Source: Candidatus Velthaea sp.
GTDB lineage: Bacteria; Vulcanimicrobiota; Vulcanimicrobiia; Vulcanimicrobiales; Vulcanimicrobiaceae
DNA length: 12,548 bases
Reading direction: 5' to 3'
Assembly (NCBI GenBank): GCA_965214935.1
Contig: CBDCCS010000013.1
Coordinates: 1 to 12,548 of the forward strand
The notes beneath the pieces are model-generated. The model was not told where the DNA came from. It did no database searches and worked only from the letters and a program-made list of their open reading frames with translations. The stretch's first letter is position 1. Every line of letters begins with the position of its first letter. The translations under genes and the position numbers were made by a program. This document shows, piece after piece, positions 1 to 8,781 of this stretch.

Positions 1-2845
1 GCGGAATCGCTTCGAGTTCGATTTTGCCCGCTTCGATTTTCGAGAAGTCGAGAATGTCGTTTATGATGGCCATGAGCGAGTGTCCCGCATCTTGCAGATA
101 GGTGAGATGGCGGCGCTGCTCGGCGTTGAGCTCAGTGTCGAGCGCGAGGGCGGTAAACCCGATGATGCCGTTCATCGGCGTGCGGATCTCGTGGCTCATG
201 CGCGCCAAGAAATCCGACTTCGCACGGCTTGCTTCTTCGGCCATGCGTTTGGCCAGGGTCCATTGCTCGATCGTTTCAAGCAAGTTTTGTTTTTCTTCGC
301 GCAAGCGTTCGTTGAGCGTACGGATTTCCGTCATGTCCCAATTCGTGCCGACGAGCCGCGCGGCGTCTCCGGCATCATCGAACACGACCGTTGCGGTGCC
401 GCGGATATGGTGGCCGCTGCCGTCCGGCCAGATCACCCGAAACTCGGTATCGAACGGCTCCCCGCCGGCAATCGCGCGTTCCAATGCGGCGCCGGCGCGG
501 ATAGCATCGGCCGGATCGAGATGCGCTTGCCAGAACTCGGGCGGTAATGCGCCGGAGCGCTCGGGTATTCCGTACAGCTTGAACATCGTGCTATCCCAGA
601 CAAGCGTTCCGGCTTGCAGGTCGGCTTCCCAAATTCCGATTTTTCCGCTTTGCGTCGCCAGCATCGCGCGTTCGCTTAACGCGTCGCGTTGCCGCTGCAT
701 CTCTTTGTAATCGGTCAAGTCTTGGAAGACGCCGAAAATGCCGGCGATCGTGCCGTCGGGGGCGCGTTCGATTTGACCGGACGATATGACATTGCGAATC
801 GTACCGTCGGGCCGAACGATTCGCGCGTCGAAGCCGAACGGGATGCCGTCGGTCAACGCGGTCGTCACGATTTGCGTCACGCGTTCGCGGTCTGCCGGAT
901 GATAGGCGTGCGTCGCAAAGTCGAGCGTGAGCGGAAACGACGTCGGCAGCCCGTGCGCGCGGTAGACTTCGTTCGACCAGGTCACCTGTTGTGTCGTGAC
1001 GTCGAAACGCCAACGGCCGACATGGGCCATCTCTTCGGCCATGAGCATCAGACGATTGGCCTCGCGCAGCGCGGCCGCGGTCTCACGGTCTTCGCGGGCG
1101 GCTATTTCGAGCAGCGAATTTGCTTCGCCGATGATGCGTTCGGCGGCTTTCCGATCCTCGATATCGGTGGCCGTCACGATCCACTCGGCGGCGCGCCCGG
1201 CGCCGGCAACAAGCGGCACGCCGCACACCGACTGCCAGCGAAAGACGCCGTCGCTGCGGCGCAGGCGGCACTCGATCTCCCGCGGCAGACCGTCGTCCTG
1301 TTCGCCGAACAGCACGGCCAGCTTCGCTCGATCGGTCGGCGCGACGAGTTCCGCCAAAGCGAATCGACCTGATTGCACGATGCTGCCGAAGAAGTCGGCG
1401 CAGCGCTCGTTGACGTACTGGACGTTTTGGCCGGCGTCGACGACCGCGATGAGTTGCGGCAGCGCGTTGGTCAAGCTGCGGTAGCGCGTTTCACTTATTT
1501 CGAGCGTCGAAAATTCATGTGCTGCGCGTAAGGCGCCGGTCAGATCTTTGGCAGCGAGCACGAGCGTTTGTACGTCGGTTGCGCTGAAGGCATGAGCTTT
1601 CACGCACGACACTTTAATAACGGCAACCTGGCCGTCGCAGATAACGATCGGGACCACGATCATCGAGCCGATGTTTAAACGCCGGCACAACGCGGTGTTG
1701 ACGCGTGGATCGGTCGAACAATCGTCGGCATACAGAACGCAACCGAGTTCGATACACATACCCGAGAGCGAACCGGCCCGTTTGATGCGCGTTCCGACCG
1801 TTTGGACCAGCATGCCGCTTGCCGCTTCAAAATGCATCTCGGTGTCTTGCGGAACCTCGAAGGCCGCGCCGGCCGCTCCGGTCTGCTGCTGCATAAAATT
1901 CAACACGACGTCGACGACACGGGCGCGAGAGGGCAGCGCGGCCGCCAAGTCATCCTGTAAGGTAATGAAGCCTTCGATTTGAACGTTCCGGGCCGCCAGA
2001 TTCGCGTTGACGTTGCGTAACCGCACGAGACTCGAGGCATACTGACCCTGCAGCATGGCAAATAAGACGGTCGCTGAAACGGCGAGTTCTAGGCGCGCAA
2101 AGTACCAGCCGTACGTGTAACGGCCGGCTGAGCCGTGCCAATTCATGAGGACTTCGACGAGTAGCGCGAGCAGCGCCACGGCGAACCACAAGTCGATTCG
2201 CGTCCGCAGCCGAGTGATCGCGCCCAGTGCCGCCAGCGTGCAGAGCAGACAGAGCGCACGCACCGGTACGGTGAGGAAACCGCCGACGGCAGTCGGCTTA
2301 CCGTGTTCGGATAACGGCGGAAGGTACGCGTGGCCGGCCGTTGCTATGACGGTGATCGCGACGACGATGACCCCGACGACCGCTGCCGCGCGGCCGAACG
2401 GGACGCGGCTTTGCCCGGATATCGCCCGTTGCTGCCGCGTCCGAGATATATAGACGAGCGCAAGCGTGCAGAACGCGAGATGCCAGCTTAGGTACAGCCA
2501 GGTGGCGGTATCGGGACCGGCGCCGAGCAATCCGGCCGGGCTGAACGCTTTGGGAAACGTTAACAGATACGGTACGAGGAGAGCGGCCGTTGCACCGTAG
2601 GCGAGGCTTAAATAGCCGACCGGACTGCTGCGGTCGGCGCGGAATTGCGCGTACAGCAGAGCAGCGGTGAACGCATAGGCGGCGACCACCGCCGCCGTTA
2701 CCGCCGGTAAAAATCCAGCGATTTCGGGCGCCCGGATCGAGCCGAACGGAGCGGTAACGACGGCAACGCCGACCGTTCCGATCGCCACGCCGAATGCTAC
2801 GGTGCGGTCGCGATCCGTCAACGGCGCCGTAGCGTCTTGGTTCAT
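1..2845 (-). CDS. Multi-sensor histidine kinase, MASE4-GAF-PAS-PAS-PAS-HisKA, probably hybrid type; 3' end lies outside the window
   Basis: Translated by hand from ATG 2845 ([19 protein letters not shown]...). The hydrophobic N-terminus has the MASE4-like signature [33 protein letters not shown] follows ([10 protein letters not shown]...DPRV...SMIVVPI), then three PAS/PAC repeats ([40 protein letters not shown]). The H-box [22 protein letters not shown] (His codon 191-193) and [14 protein letters not shown] are in the same frame. The ORF track omits it, consistent with no stop inside the window. Confidence 0.93.
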   Translation of the reverse strand, partial: MNQDATAPLTDRDRTVAFGVAIGTVGVAVVTAPFGSIRAPEIAGFLPAVTAAVVAAYAFTAALLYAQFRADRSSPVGYLSLAYGATAALLVPYLLTFPKAFSPAGLLGAGPDTATWLYLSWHLAFCTLALVYISRTRQQRAISGQSRVPFGRAAAVVGVIVVAITVIATAGHAYLPPLSEHGKPTAVGGFLTVPVRALCLLCTLAALGAITRLRTRIDLWFAVALLALLVEVLMNWHGSAGRYTYGWYFARLELAVSATVLFAMLQGQYASSLVRLRNVNANLAARNVQIEGFITLQDDLAAALPSRARVVDVVLNFMQQQTGAAGAAFEVPQDTEMHFEAASGMLVQTVGTRIKRAGSLSGMCIELGCVLYADDCSTDPRVNTALCRRLNIGSMIVVPIVICDGQVAVIKVSCVKAHAFSATDVQTLVLAAKDLTGALRAAHEFSTLEISETRYRSLTNALPQLIAVVDAGQNVQYVNERCADFFGSIVQSGRFALAELVAPTDRAKLAVLFGEQDDGLPREIECRLRRSDGVFRWQSVCGVPLVAGAGRAAEWIVTATDIEDRKAAERIIGEANSLLEIAAREDRETAAALREANRLMLMAEEMAHVGRWRFDVTTQQVTWSNEVYRAHGLPTSFPLTLDFATHAYHPADRERVTQIVTTALTDGIPFGFDARIVRPDGTIRNVISSGQIERAPDGTIAGIFGVFQDLTDYKEMQRQRDALSERAMLATQSGKIGIWEADLQAGTLVWDSTMFKLYGIPERSGALPPEFWQAHLDPADAIRAGAALERAIAGGEPFDTEFRVIWPDGSGHHIRGTATVVFDDAGDAARLVGTNWDMTEIRTLNERLREEKQNLLETIEQWTLAKRMAEEASRAKSDFLARMSHEIRTPMNGIIGFTALALDTELNAEQRRHLTYLQDAGHSLMAIINDILDFSKIEAGKIELEAIP

Positions 2846-2945
2846 GCAGCGCGCCGCAACCGTTGGTGCGCAATTGTCGTCACCGATGAATGTTCGGCAC
2901 GCCGGTGCTGGCGCTCTACCTCAAGCCAAGCGCCGAGCGGCAGTT

Positions 2946-3485
2946 TTACATTTCGTCTTGCGCGGCAGCGTCGAGCGCGGCACTTAGCGATTCGAGCGTC
3001 GGCTCGTCGGCAAACGGCTGACCGTTGATGAAGAACATCGGTGTTCCGTCAACGCCGCTCGATTCACCCTGTTCGATGGCTGCATCGATCGCGTGCTGAT
3101 AGGCGTTTGTTGTAAGTTCGCGATCGAAGCGTTCGAGGTCGCCGACCCCTGCGCTGCGCGCGTACCGGCGAAAATCGGCGTCTGCGAGCGCCCGTTGATG
3201 CGTAAAGAGCTCATCGTACATTTCCCAAAATTTGCCCTGCGCGCCGGCCGCTTCGGCCGCCTGTGCCGCAGCGGCTGCGCGCGGGTGGATTTCGCGCAGT
3301 GGAAATTGGCGAAAGACAAAGCGCATACGGCCGCTGAAGCGCCGTTCCAGTTCGCTTACGATCGTGTGTGCTTCGCTGCAATACGGACACTGGAAGTCGC
3401 CGTATTCGATCAGCGTCACAGGTGCGCTTGCCGGTCCGCGCGTGTGATCGGTTGCGCCGACCGGCGTTAGTTCAATATTTTCCAT
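2946..3485 (-). CDS. DsbA-family / Thioredoxin_4 oxidoreductase (179 aa, no signal peptide)
   Basis: MENIELTPV...DHTRGPASAPVTLIEYGDFQCPYC...FRQFPLREIHPRA...GVDGTPMFFING. It has a CxxC active site and a cis-Pro loop (GTP). Start placed at ATG 3485 because the 3809 start would overlap the PadR gene. Confidence 0.92.
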   Translation of the reverse strand: MENIELTPVGATDHTRGPASAPVTLIEYGDFQCPYCSEAHTIVSELERRFSGRMRFVFRQFPLREIHPRAAAAAQAAEAAGAQGKFWEMYDELFTHQRALADADFRRYARSAGVGDLERFDRELTTNAYQHAIDAAIEQGESSGVDGTPMFFINGQPFADEPTLESLSAALDAAAQDEM

Positions 3486-3587
3486 CGTTCTACCGTATTC
3501 CAACAAAGGTCCGACTCGAAGCGGAGCGCCGCATGCAAGCGGCGGGAAACAATCCGCCGGATGCGAAGCGCCGCAGTCTCGTAATCG

Positions 3588-3953
3588 ATGAAGATTGCCT
3601 CCGATGCCGGTCTTCCGCCTCGCGGTACGCCCAAGAACTATCTTGCGGCCTGGCTCCTCGTTATGCTTAAACGGTCGCACTTGCACGGCTACGAAATCAT
3701 GAAAGAGCTGCGCGAAGAGTTCGGGATCGCGTGCGATCCGGGCACGGTCTACCGGACGCTGCGTCAGCTCGAAGGCAGCGCTCTCATCCTGTCGCATTGG
3801 GACGCGCACGATCAGGGTCCGGCGCGGCGCGTATACGAATTAACCGAGCGCGGGATCGAGGCGCTCGAACGCTGGAACGTCACGTTGCACGAGTACCGGT
3901 TAAACCTCGATGCGTTTTTTCGCGTATACGGTTCCGACCGCATCGCCCGATGA
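3588..3953 (+). CDS. PadR-family transcriptional regulator, PhaQ-like
   Basis: LHGYEIMKEL...DPGTVYRTLRQLE...GPARRVYELTERG is the PadR winged-helix signature. The stop overlaps the next start (ATGA 3950-3953). Confidence 0.92.
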   Translation: MKIASDAGLPPRGTPKNYLAAWLLVMLKRSHLHGYEIMKELREEFGIACDPGTVYRTLRQLEGSALILSHWDAHDQGPARRVYELTERGIEALERWNVTLHEYRLNLDAFFRVYGSDRIAR

Positions 3954-4723
3954 TTTCAATTCGCTTTTTGGGCACCGGCGGAGCACGCTTCGTGGTGGCC
4001 AAACAGGTTCGTGCATCGGGCGGAATGTGGATGCGCTTCGGCCGCACGCAGATGCATGTCGATCCCGGCCCCGGAGCGCTCGTTCGTGCACTGAGCGCGT
4101 TGCCGCCTTGCGCGCCGCCCGAACTCGATGCAATCGTCCTATCGCACAAGCATCTCGATCACGCCAACGACGTCAACATCATGATCGAAGCGATGTCGCA
4201 AGGCGGCTGGAAGCCGCGCGGCGCCTTGCTGGCGCCCAGCGATGCGTTCGATTTCGAGCCCGTCGTTTTGCCCTACGTCCGATCGTTCGTTCCGCGCATC
4301 GAACGGCTCACCGAGCGGGGCGAGCCGATCGCCGTCAACGATGTTGAGATTCGAACGTCGATCCGCCACCGGCACGGCGTTGAAACGTACGGTTTGCATT
4401 TCCGGCATGCCGGCCGGACGGTTTCGTATCTGCCGTGTACGCGGTTTTTTCCCGAGCTGATCGCCGATTACCGCGCACATGCGCCCGATCTGTTGATCAT
4501 GAACGTGCTGCGCTTTCGCGACTCGATGGATGTCGATCACCTAACCTTCGATGACGCGCGAACGCTCGTCGAGGGGATTCGGCCTAAAGCCGTCATCATG
4601 ACGCATTTCGGAACGCGCATGCTCGAGCAAGATCCGGTCCGGCTAGCGCGCGAACTCGAAGCTGATTTCAATGTTCGCGCGTATGCGGCGTACGACGGCT
4701 GGACGTACGATGTCCTCGATTGA
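3950..4723 (+). CDS. MBL-fold metallo-hydrolase (RNase Z/PhnP-like branch)
   Basis: MISIRFLGTGG start, VDPGPG, the HxHxDH motif SHKHLDH, then RHRHG, DHL and MTHFG. Start is at the ATGA overlap with the PadR stop. Confidence 0.92.
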   Translation: MISIRFLGTGGARFVVAKQVRASGGMWMRFGRTQMHVDPGPGALVRALSALPPCAPPELDAIVLSHKHLDHANDVNIMIEAMSQGGWKPRGALLAPSDAFDFEPVVLPYVRSFVPRIERLTERGEPIAVNDVEIRTSIRHRHGVETYGLHFRHAGRTVSYLPCTRFFPELIADYRAHAPDLLIMNVLRFRDSMDVDHLTFDDARTLVEGIRPKAVIMTHFGTRMLEQDPVRLARELEADFNVRAYAAYDGWTYDVLD

Positions 4724-5159
4724 GTTCGGCGGAGCCGCGTTAGAAATCGAGATCGCCGAACCCGGTGCGCCCGGCGCGTATTGGCAGCGTGTCGATCGCG
4801 CTTGGCGCTCGGAGCTATGGAATTTCCGAGTCGTCTGGCACGAACAGCAGCATGACGTCGTTGTGCGCGACGGCGATCGAATCGTCGGCGCACTGCACTT
4901 GCAAATCGCGGCCTCGCTTGCGACGATCGACGCCCTGCATGTCGATCCGCCGTATCGCCGGCAGCGGATCGGACGAACGCTGGTCACGCGCGGTGAAGAG
5001 CTCGCGAAATACTACAACTGCCACAAGCTGACCGTTGCCGTGTATGCCGAACACGCGGCGCAGCGCTTCTTCGAGCGCTGCGGTTATAAAGTCGAAGCCG
5101 TCCTCGCGCAGCACACTTACAAACTTGACGTAGCGTTGCTGCGTAAGTTTTTGCTTTAG
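4710..5159 (+). CDS. GNAT-family N-acetyltransferase
   Basis: Acetyl-CoA motif A (LHVDPPYRRQRIGRTLV) and motif B (AQRFFERCGY). ATG 4710 overlaps the MBL gene end by 14 bp. Confidence 0.88.
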   Translation: MSSIEFGGAALEIEIAEPGAPGAYWQRVDRAWRSELWNFRVVWHEQQHDVVVRDGDRIVGALHLQIAASLATIDALHVDPPYRRQRIGRTLVTRGEELAKYYNCHKLTVAVYAEHAAQRFFERCGYKVEAVLAQHTYKLDVALLRKFLL

Positions 5160-5172
5160 CCGAACTGCGGCG

Positions 5173-6288
5173 CTACAACCGGCGCCGTCCGCCGGCACTC
5201 GCGCGCTCGGCCGACCGGCTCGTTGCCAGTAGCGCCGACATCGGTCGCCACTCGGCGCCCAGAGCCGCGCCGCGGCGGCCGCCCAGCGACCCGTCGTACA
5301 AAAAGATATCGCCGTGCGTGCTGGCCGCATTTACCAGCGGTCCGCCCGCGCCGATGAATCGCAGCGCGTCGCCGTCGAGCCGGTTCTCGCCGCCGCCGAA
5401 CGGCGGCGGCGCGGACGGCGCGAGCAGACTGAACACGCGGCCGTCTTGAGTGTGGGCACCGAGTTGTGCGCCGCCGCTGACTCCCAGCGCGATCGACCCG
5501 CGGTCGGACACGAAGCGCGCCAGACCCGAGTCGAACGTGCCGTCGTCGAACAGAATGTTGCCGGTCAACGTCGTTGCTTCGATCTGTTTCACGCGACAGC
5601 TCTCGAAGACTTCGTCGGCGCGATTGCTGCGTACGCGCAGCCGGTCGAAATTCGAGTCAAGCGCATAGAAGCGGCCGTTGAGCGGCTGCACGAATGCATC
5701 GCCGCCGACATCGCGCAAGACGACTTGCCCGCGACCGAGCGCTGCGATCGTCGTGCCGTGGTAGCCGGTCAAAACGATGCTGCCGCGGCCCGAACGGACG
5801 TTGACCAGTCCCGTCGACGCCGGGATGGTCACTCGCAGTTGCATGCGCGGCGTCGCGTTACCGTCCGGCGGGACTTCGCGGATGCGAACGACGTCGTGCT
5901 TGCCGGGCCGTAGTTGCGGCACCGGAAAATCCTCGGGCAACAGCGTGACGGATTGCGTTCCGCCGCCCGTCGACTCGTTGACGACGACGGGCGGAATCAG
6001 GAAACTCGCGTTCGTGCTTTGCGTCGCCGACGCAGACTCGAACGGCTCGCCGTCAGGCCACTCGACTTGCACGGTGTTGCGATTCCACGTTTCGATCGAA
6101 ATGGCGGCGTCGCGACCGATGACCTGAACGATCGCCTGATCGTTGACCTCAAACGAGGCACTGCTCGCTGATGCCGGGTGCGGTTGCCCGATGATGTAAC
6201 ACAGAAAACCGCCGGCGAGCAATGCGCGCCATGCACCGGATCGGGCCGCCACCATGTCATGATAGCGGCGCAGCGGTTGCGAGGTCAT
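5173..6288 (-). CDS. Secreted DUF4097-like beta-strand repeat protein
   Basis: Signal-peptide-like N-terminus (WRALLAGGFLCYIIGQPHPASA) and recurring (S/T)xxGx(I/V) repeats: SGRGSIVL, LGRGQVVL, TLTGNILF, SDRGSIAL, TQDGRVFS, STHGDIFL. TAATG overlap with the kinase stop; ATG 6255 is an alternative start. Confidence 0.72.
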   Translation of the reverse strand: MTSQPLRRYHDMVAARSGAWRALLAGGFLCYIIGQPHPASASSASFEVNDQAIVQVIGRDAAISIETWNRNTVQVEWPDGEPFESASATQSTNASFLIPPVVVNESTGGGTQSVTLLPEDFPVPQLRPGKHDVVRIREVPPDGNATPRMQLRVTIPASTGLVNVRSGRGSIVLTGYHGTTIAALGRGQVVLRDVGGDAFVQPLNGRFYALDSNFDRLRVRSNRADEVFESCRVKQIEATTLTGNILFDDGTFDSGLARFVSDRGSIALGVSGGAQLGAHTQDGRVFSLLAPSAPPPFGGGENRLDGDALRFIGAGGPLVNAASTHGDIFLYDGSLGGRRGAALGAEWRPMSALLATSRSAERASAGGRRRL

Positions 6289-7703
6289 TAGTTTCCGGTG
6301 GGAATGGGGCTTAGCCGCGGCAAGCTGACGCTGAAAACCGATCCGGCGACCTCGCGCGGTGCCGCCGAAACGCTGCCGCCGTGGATGCGTGCGATGCTGC
6401 GCACGATCGCTAAGCCAAGCCCGGTTCCTTCGATGGTTCGTGAATGCGACAGATCGGATCGGAAGAAGCGGTCGAAAAGCCGTTCGGCCGTCTCCGTCTC
6501 GATGCCGAGACCCGTGTCTGCAACATCGACTCTGACCGCCGCTTCGGTCGGCGTCACCGTGACGTCGATCCGTCCGGCGTCGGTGAATTTAATCGCGTTA
6601 TCGATGAGATTGTTGAACAGCTGGCGCAGCAGCGATTCATCGCCGGCGACCATGACATGCGCGGACGGCAAATGCGCCTCGATTGCAAGCGACTTCCGTT
6701 CCGCGCGGCCGCGCGCATGCAGCACGACGTCGCCGACTAGCCGGTCGAGCAACAGCGGCTCTTTCGGTATGCGATCGCCCGAATCGGCTTTTGCCAACGT
6801 CAGCATGCCGCTGACCATGCCGGCGAGTTGCTGCGACTCGTTGATGATGGCATCCAAGGATTCGGCGCGAACTTCCGGCTCATCGTTGCCCCAGCGCTTG
6901 AGCAGTTGTGCATTCGCGTTGATTACCGTTAAGGGTGTCTTGAGTTCGTGCGATGCGTCGGCGATAAATTGTCGTTCCCGCGCAAAGGCCTCCTCGAGCC
7001 GCGCAAGCATCGCATTGAACGCCGACGCCAGTTTACCGGCTTCATCGGTGCGGTCGACCGGGATGCGCCGGTCGAGTTGGTCCGAGCCGATTTGCGTCAT
7101 AGCCTCGGTGAGGCGTTTGATCGGATCGATCGTGGTACCCGCAATAAAAAACGATGCCGCCCCGACGAGCAGCGCGCCGCCCAGCGCCGACCACAATAAG
7201 ATCGTCTGCGCCTGATGCAGCACGTACCGAACGGTATCGAGCCGCTCCGCGACATGCGCGATCGCGATCGGCTGGCCGCTGCTGCGCAGCAGCCGGTCCA
7301 GGACCAGTAACTCGCCGCCATCCGCATTGATGACCTCGAAGGTGGCGTCACCGCCATGGAAGTCGGTCTGCGAGGGAATGCGCAGCGGGCCCATATTCGT
7401 GCTCTTGCCGATTGGATAACCGCTGAGCGAATCGATCTGGACGTATGTCGAGGGTCCGGCAAAATGATCGAGGTTTGCCCGATCGGTCAAGGTCGTGAAC
7501 ACCGGGACGGGTTCGAAAACGTTGAACTCGCGCGCCGTGTCGACCGTTTGGACGATCTGCTCGCTGGTGCCCGAAATACGCAGCTTTGCTTGATCGAGCA
7601 GAATTTGACGGAAACCGAAATTAAGGGCGATCGCGGCGAGTGCGATCACGCTGATGATGAGCGCCGCGTACCAGATCGCGATGCGGCTGCGAAGCGAGTT
7701 CAG
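6288..7703 (-). CDS. Two-component sensor histidine kinase (TM-sensor-TM-HAMP-HisKA-HATPase); probable CTG start
   Basis: H-box DASHELKTPL, N-box NNLIDNAIKF, G1 DTGLGI, F-box LFDRFFR, G2 GTGLGLAI, and a HAMP (PIKRLTEAM...DEAGKLASAFNAM). The frame stays open upstream of GTG 7649 and encodes LNSLRSRIAIWYAALIIS. Start position is uncertain (7703 vs 7649). Confidence 0.93.
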   Translation of the reverse strand: MNSLRSRIAIWYAALIISVIALAAIALNFGFRQILLDQAKLRISGTSEQIVQTVDTAREFNVFEPVPVFTTLTDRANLDHFAGPSTYVQIDSLSGYPIGKSTNMGPLRIPSQTDFHGGDATFEVINADGGELLVLDRLLRSSGQPIAIAHVAERLDTVRYVLHQAQTILLWSALGGALLVGAASFFIAGTTIDPIKRLTEAMTQIGSDQLDRRIPVDRTDEAGKLASAFNAMLARLEEAFARERQFIADASHELKTPLTVINANAQLLKRWGNDEPEVRAESLDAIINESQQLAGMVSGMLTLAKADSGDRIPKEPLLLDRLVGDVVLHARGRAERKSLAIEAHLPSAHVMVAGDESLLRQLFNNLIDNAIKFTDAGRIDVTVTPTEAAVRVDVADTGLGIETETAERLFDRFFRSDLSHSRTIEGTGLGLAIVRSIARIHGGSVSAAPREVAGSVFSVSLPRLSPIPTGN

Positions 7704-7736
7704 TGCAGACCGCCGGCTGCGCGCACCGCGATCGGC

Positions 7737-8411
7737 TCAGTCCTTAAGTGCGTAACCCACGCCGCGCACCGTCGAGATAAGTTTTTCGTCATGTCCGTCG
7801 TCGATTTTACCGCGTAGATAGCGGATATAGACGTCGATGAGATTGGAGTCGCCTAAGAAATCGCTGCCCCACACGCCGTTGAAAAGTTCGTCGCGCGTAT
7901 GGACTTTATTGCGATGCAACAACAGATATTCGAGCAGCGCGTACTCTTTTGCCGTCAACGAAACGAGCGTGCCGGCGCGGCGCACTTCGTGCCGGTCGCG
8001 GTCCATCGCCAGATCCTTGACGGTCAAAACATTACTGGCGGGATTTTTATCGCGCAGTCGCGCGCGCACCCGCGCCAGCAGTTCGTCGATTGAAAATGGT
8101 TTGGTTAAATAATCGTCGGCTCCCGCGTCAAGACCCGCCACCCGGTCGGGGATCCGATCCTTGGCGGTGAGCATGATGATCGGAACGCTACTCTTGGCAC
8201 GAATGCGGCCGGCGACTTCCATCCCGTCGAGCTTGGGCAGCATCAGATCGAGTATGACGAGATCGGGTTCTTTGAGTGCGCGTTCGAGGCCGAGTAAACC
8301 GTCGCGGGCTGTTTCGACGTCATAGCCTTCGTGCTTGAGTTCGAGCTCAAGCACGCGCGAGATCTGTGCGTCGTCTTCGACGACGAGAATCCTGAACTTA
8401 CGGTCCGGAAT
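7737..8411 (-). CDS. OmpR/PhoB-family response regulator (224 aa); probable ATT start
   Basis: RILVVEDD, DLVILDLMLPKLDG, PIIMLTAKD, GADDYLTKPF, and the wHTH end SNLIDVYIRYLRGKID...TVRGVGYAL. SD GGAGG (8421-8417) lies 5 nt before the in-frame ATT at 8411-8409. Confidence 0.93.
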   Translation of the reverse strand: MPDRKFRILVVEDDAQISRVLELELKHEGYDVETARDGLLGLERALKEPDLVILDLMLPKLDGMEVAGRIRAKSSVPIIMLTAKDRIPDRVAGLDAGADDYLTKPFSIDELLARVRARLRDKNPASNVLTVKDLAMDRDRHEVRRAGTLVSLTAKEYALLEYLLLHRNKVHTRDELFNGVWGSDFLGDSNLIDVYIRYLRGKIDDGHDEKLISTVRGVGYALKD

Positions 8412-8421
8412 GGGTGCCTCC

Positions 8422-8781
8422 CTAGCGGCCGGCGATCTTCCCGCGAGTCGCGGGCAGCGACAGCGCCGACACCCAGATAACGAACGAAAATCCGAGACCG
8501 GTCCACACCAAAACCGGCGGCGAGATCGAATCGGCAAACCGGTCGACGCCGAAGTCGACCGCCTCTCTGAGGGCAAGTGCAAAATTCGGCACGGAGGTGA
8601 GCACCAGGAACGCCAGCCACACCATAAAGGCCAGCAACGTGCCGACGGCCCAAATTTCCCATGCCGCAAACGTCAAAGCCGGCCGGTCGACCGTCGCCGC
8701 TAAAATGCGGGCTCGAAGATCGCCGGGCGGCGCTTCGAGCGGAAGCGCAAAGAGTGCGAGCTCGAGCTCGTCGTCGGTCAT
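8422..8781 (-). CDS. Small two-TM membrane protein, putative anti-sigma factor
   Basis: ATGA overlap with the ECF sigma stop and SD-like AAAGGGA 6 nt upstream. The N-terminus DDELELALFALPLEAPPGDLRARIL resembles anti-sigma 'PPxxLRxRI' segments and is followed by two hydrophobic helices. No HxxxCxxC motif. Confidence 0.75.
   Translation of the reverse strand: MTDDELELALFALPLEAPPGDLRARILAATVDRPALTFAAWEIWAVGTLLAFMVWLAFLVLTSVPNFALALREAVDFGVDRFADSISPPVLVWTGLGFSFVIWVSALSLPATRGKIAGR

Noticed and set aside
80..2873. Many listed ORFs (80-547, 102-710, 689-1372, 996-1484, 2298-2873 and others)
   Set aside because: They are antisense or off-frame shadows of the minus-strand kinase and show no recognisable motifs.
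3486..3949. Long N-terminal extensions of the DsbA-like ORF (to 3809) and the MBL ORF (from 3731)
   Set aside because: They overlap the well-supported PadR gene. Family motifs begin at 3485 and 3950.
6298..7215. 305-aa plus-strand ORF, and similarly 11776-12534 (minus) and 9822-10466 (minus)
   Set aside because: These are antisense shadows of strongly supported genes, which is common in GC-rich DNA.
8412..8669. 86-aa Arg/Cys-rich extension of the response regulator
   Set aside because: It is an alternative frame of the putative anti-sigma gene. SD plus ATT at 8411 explains the RR better.
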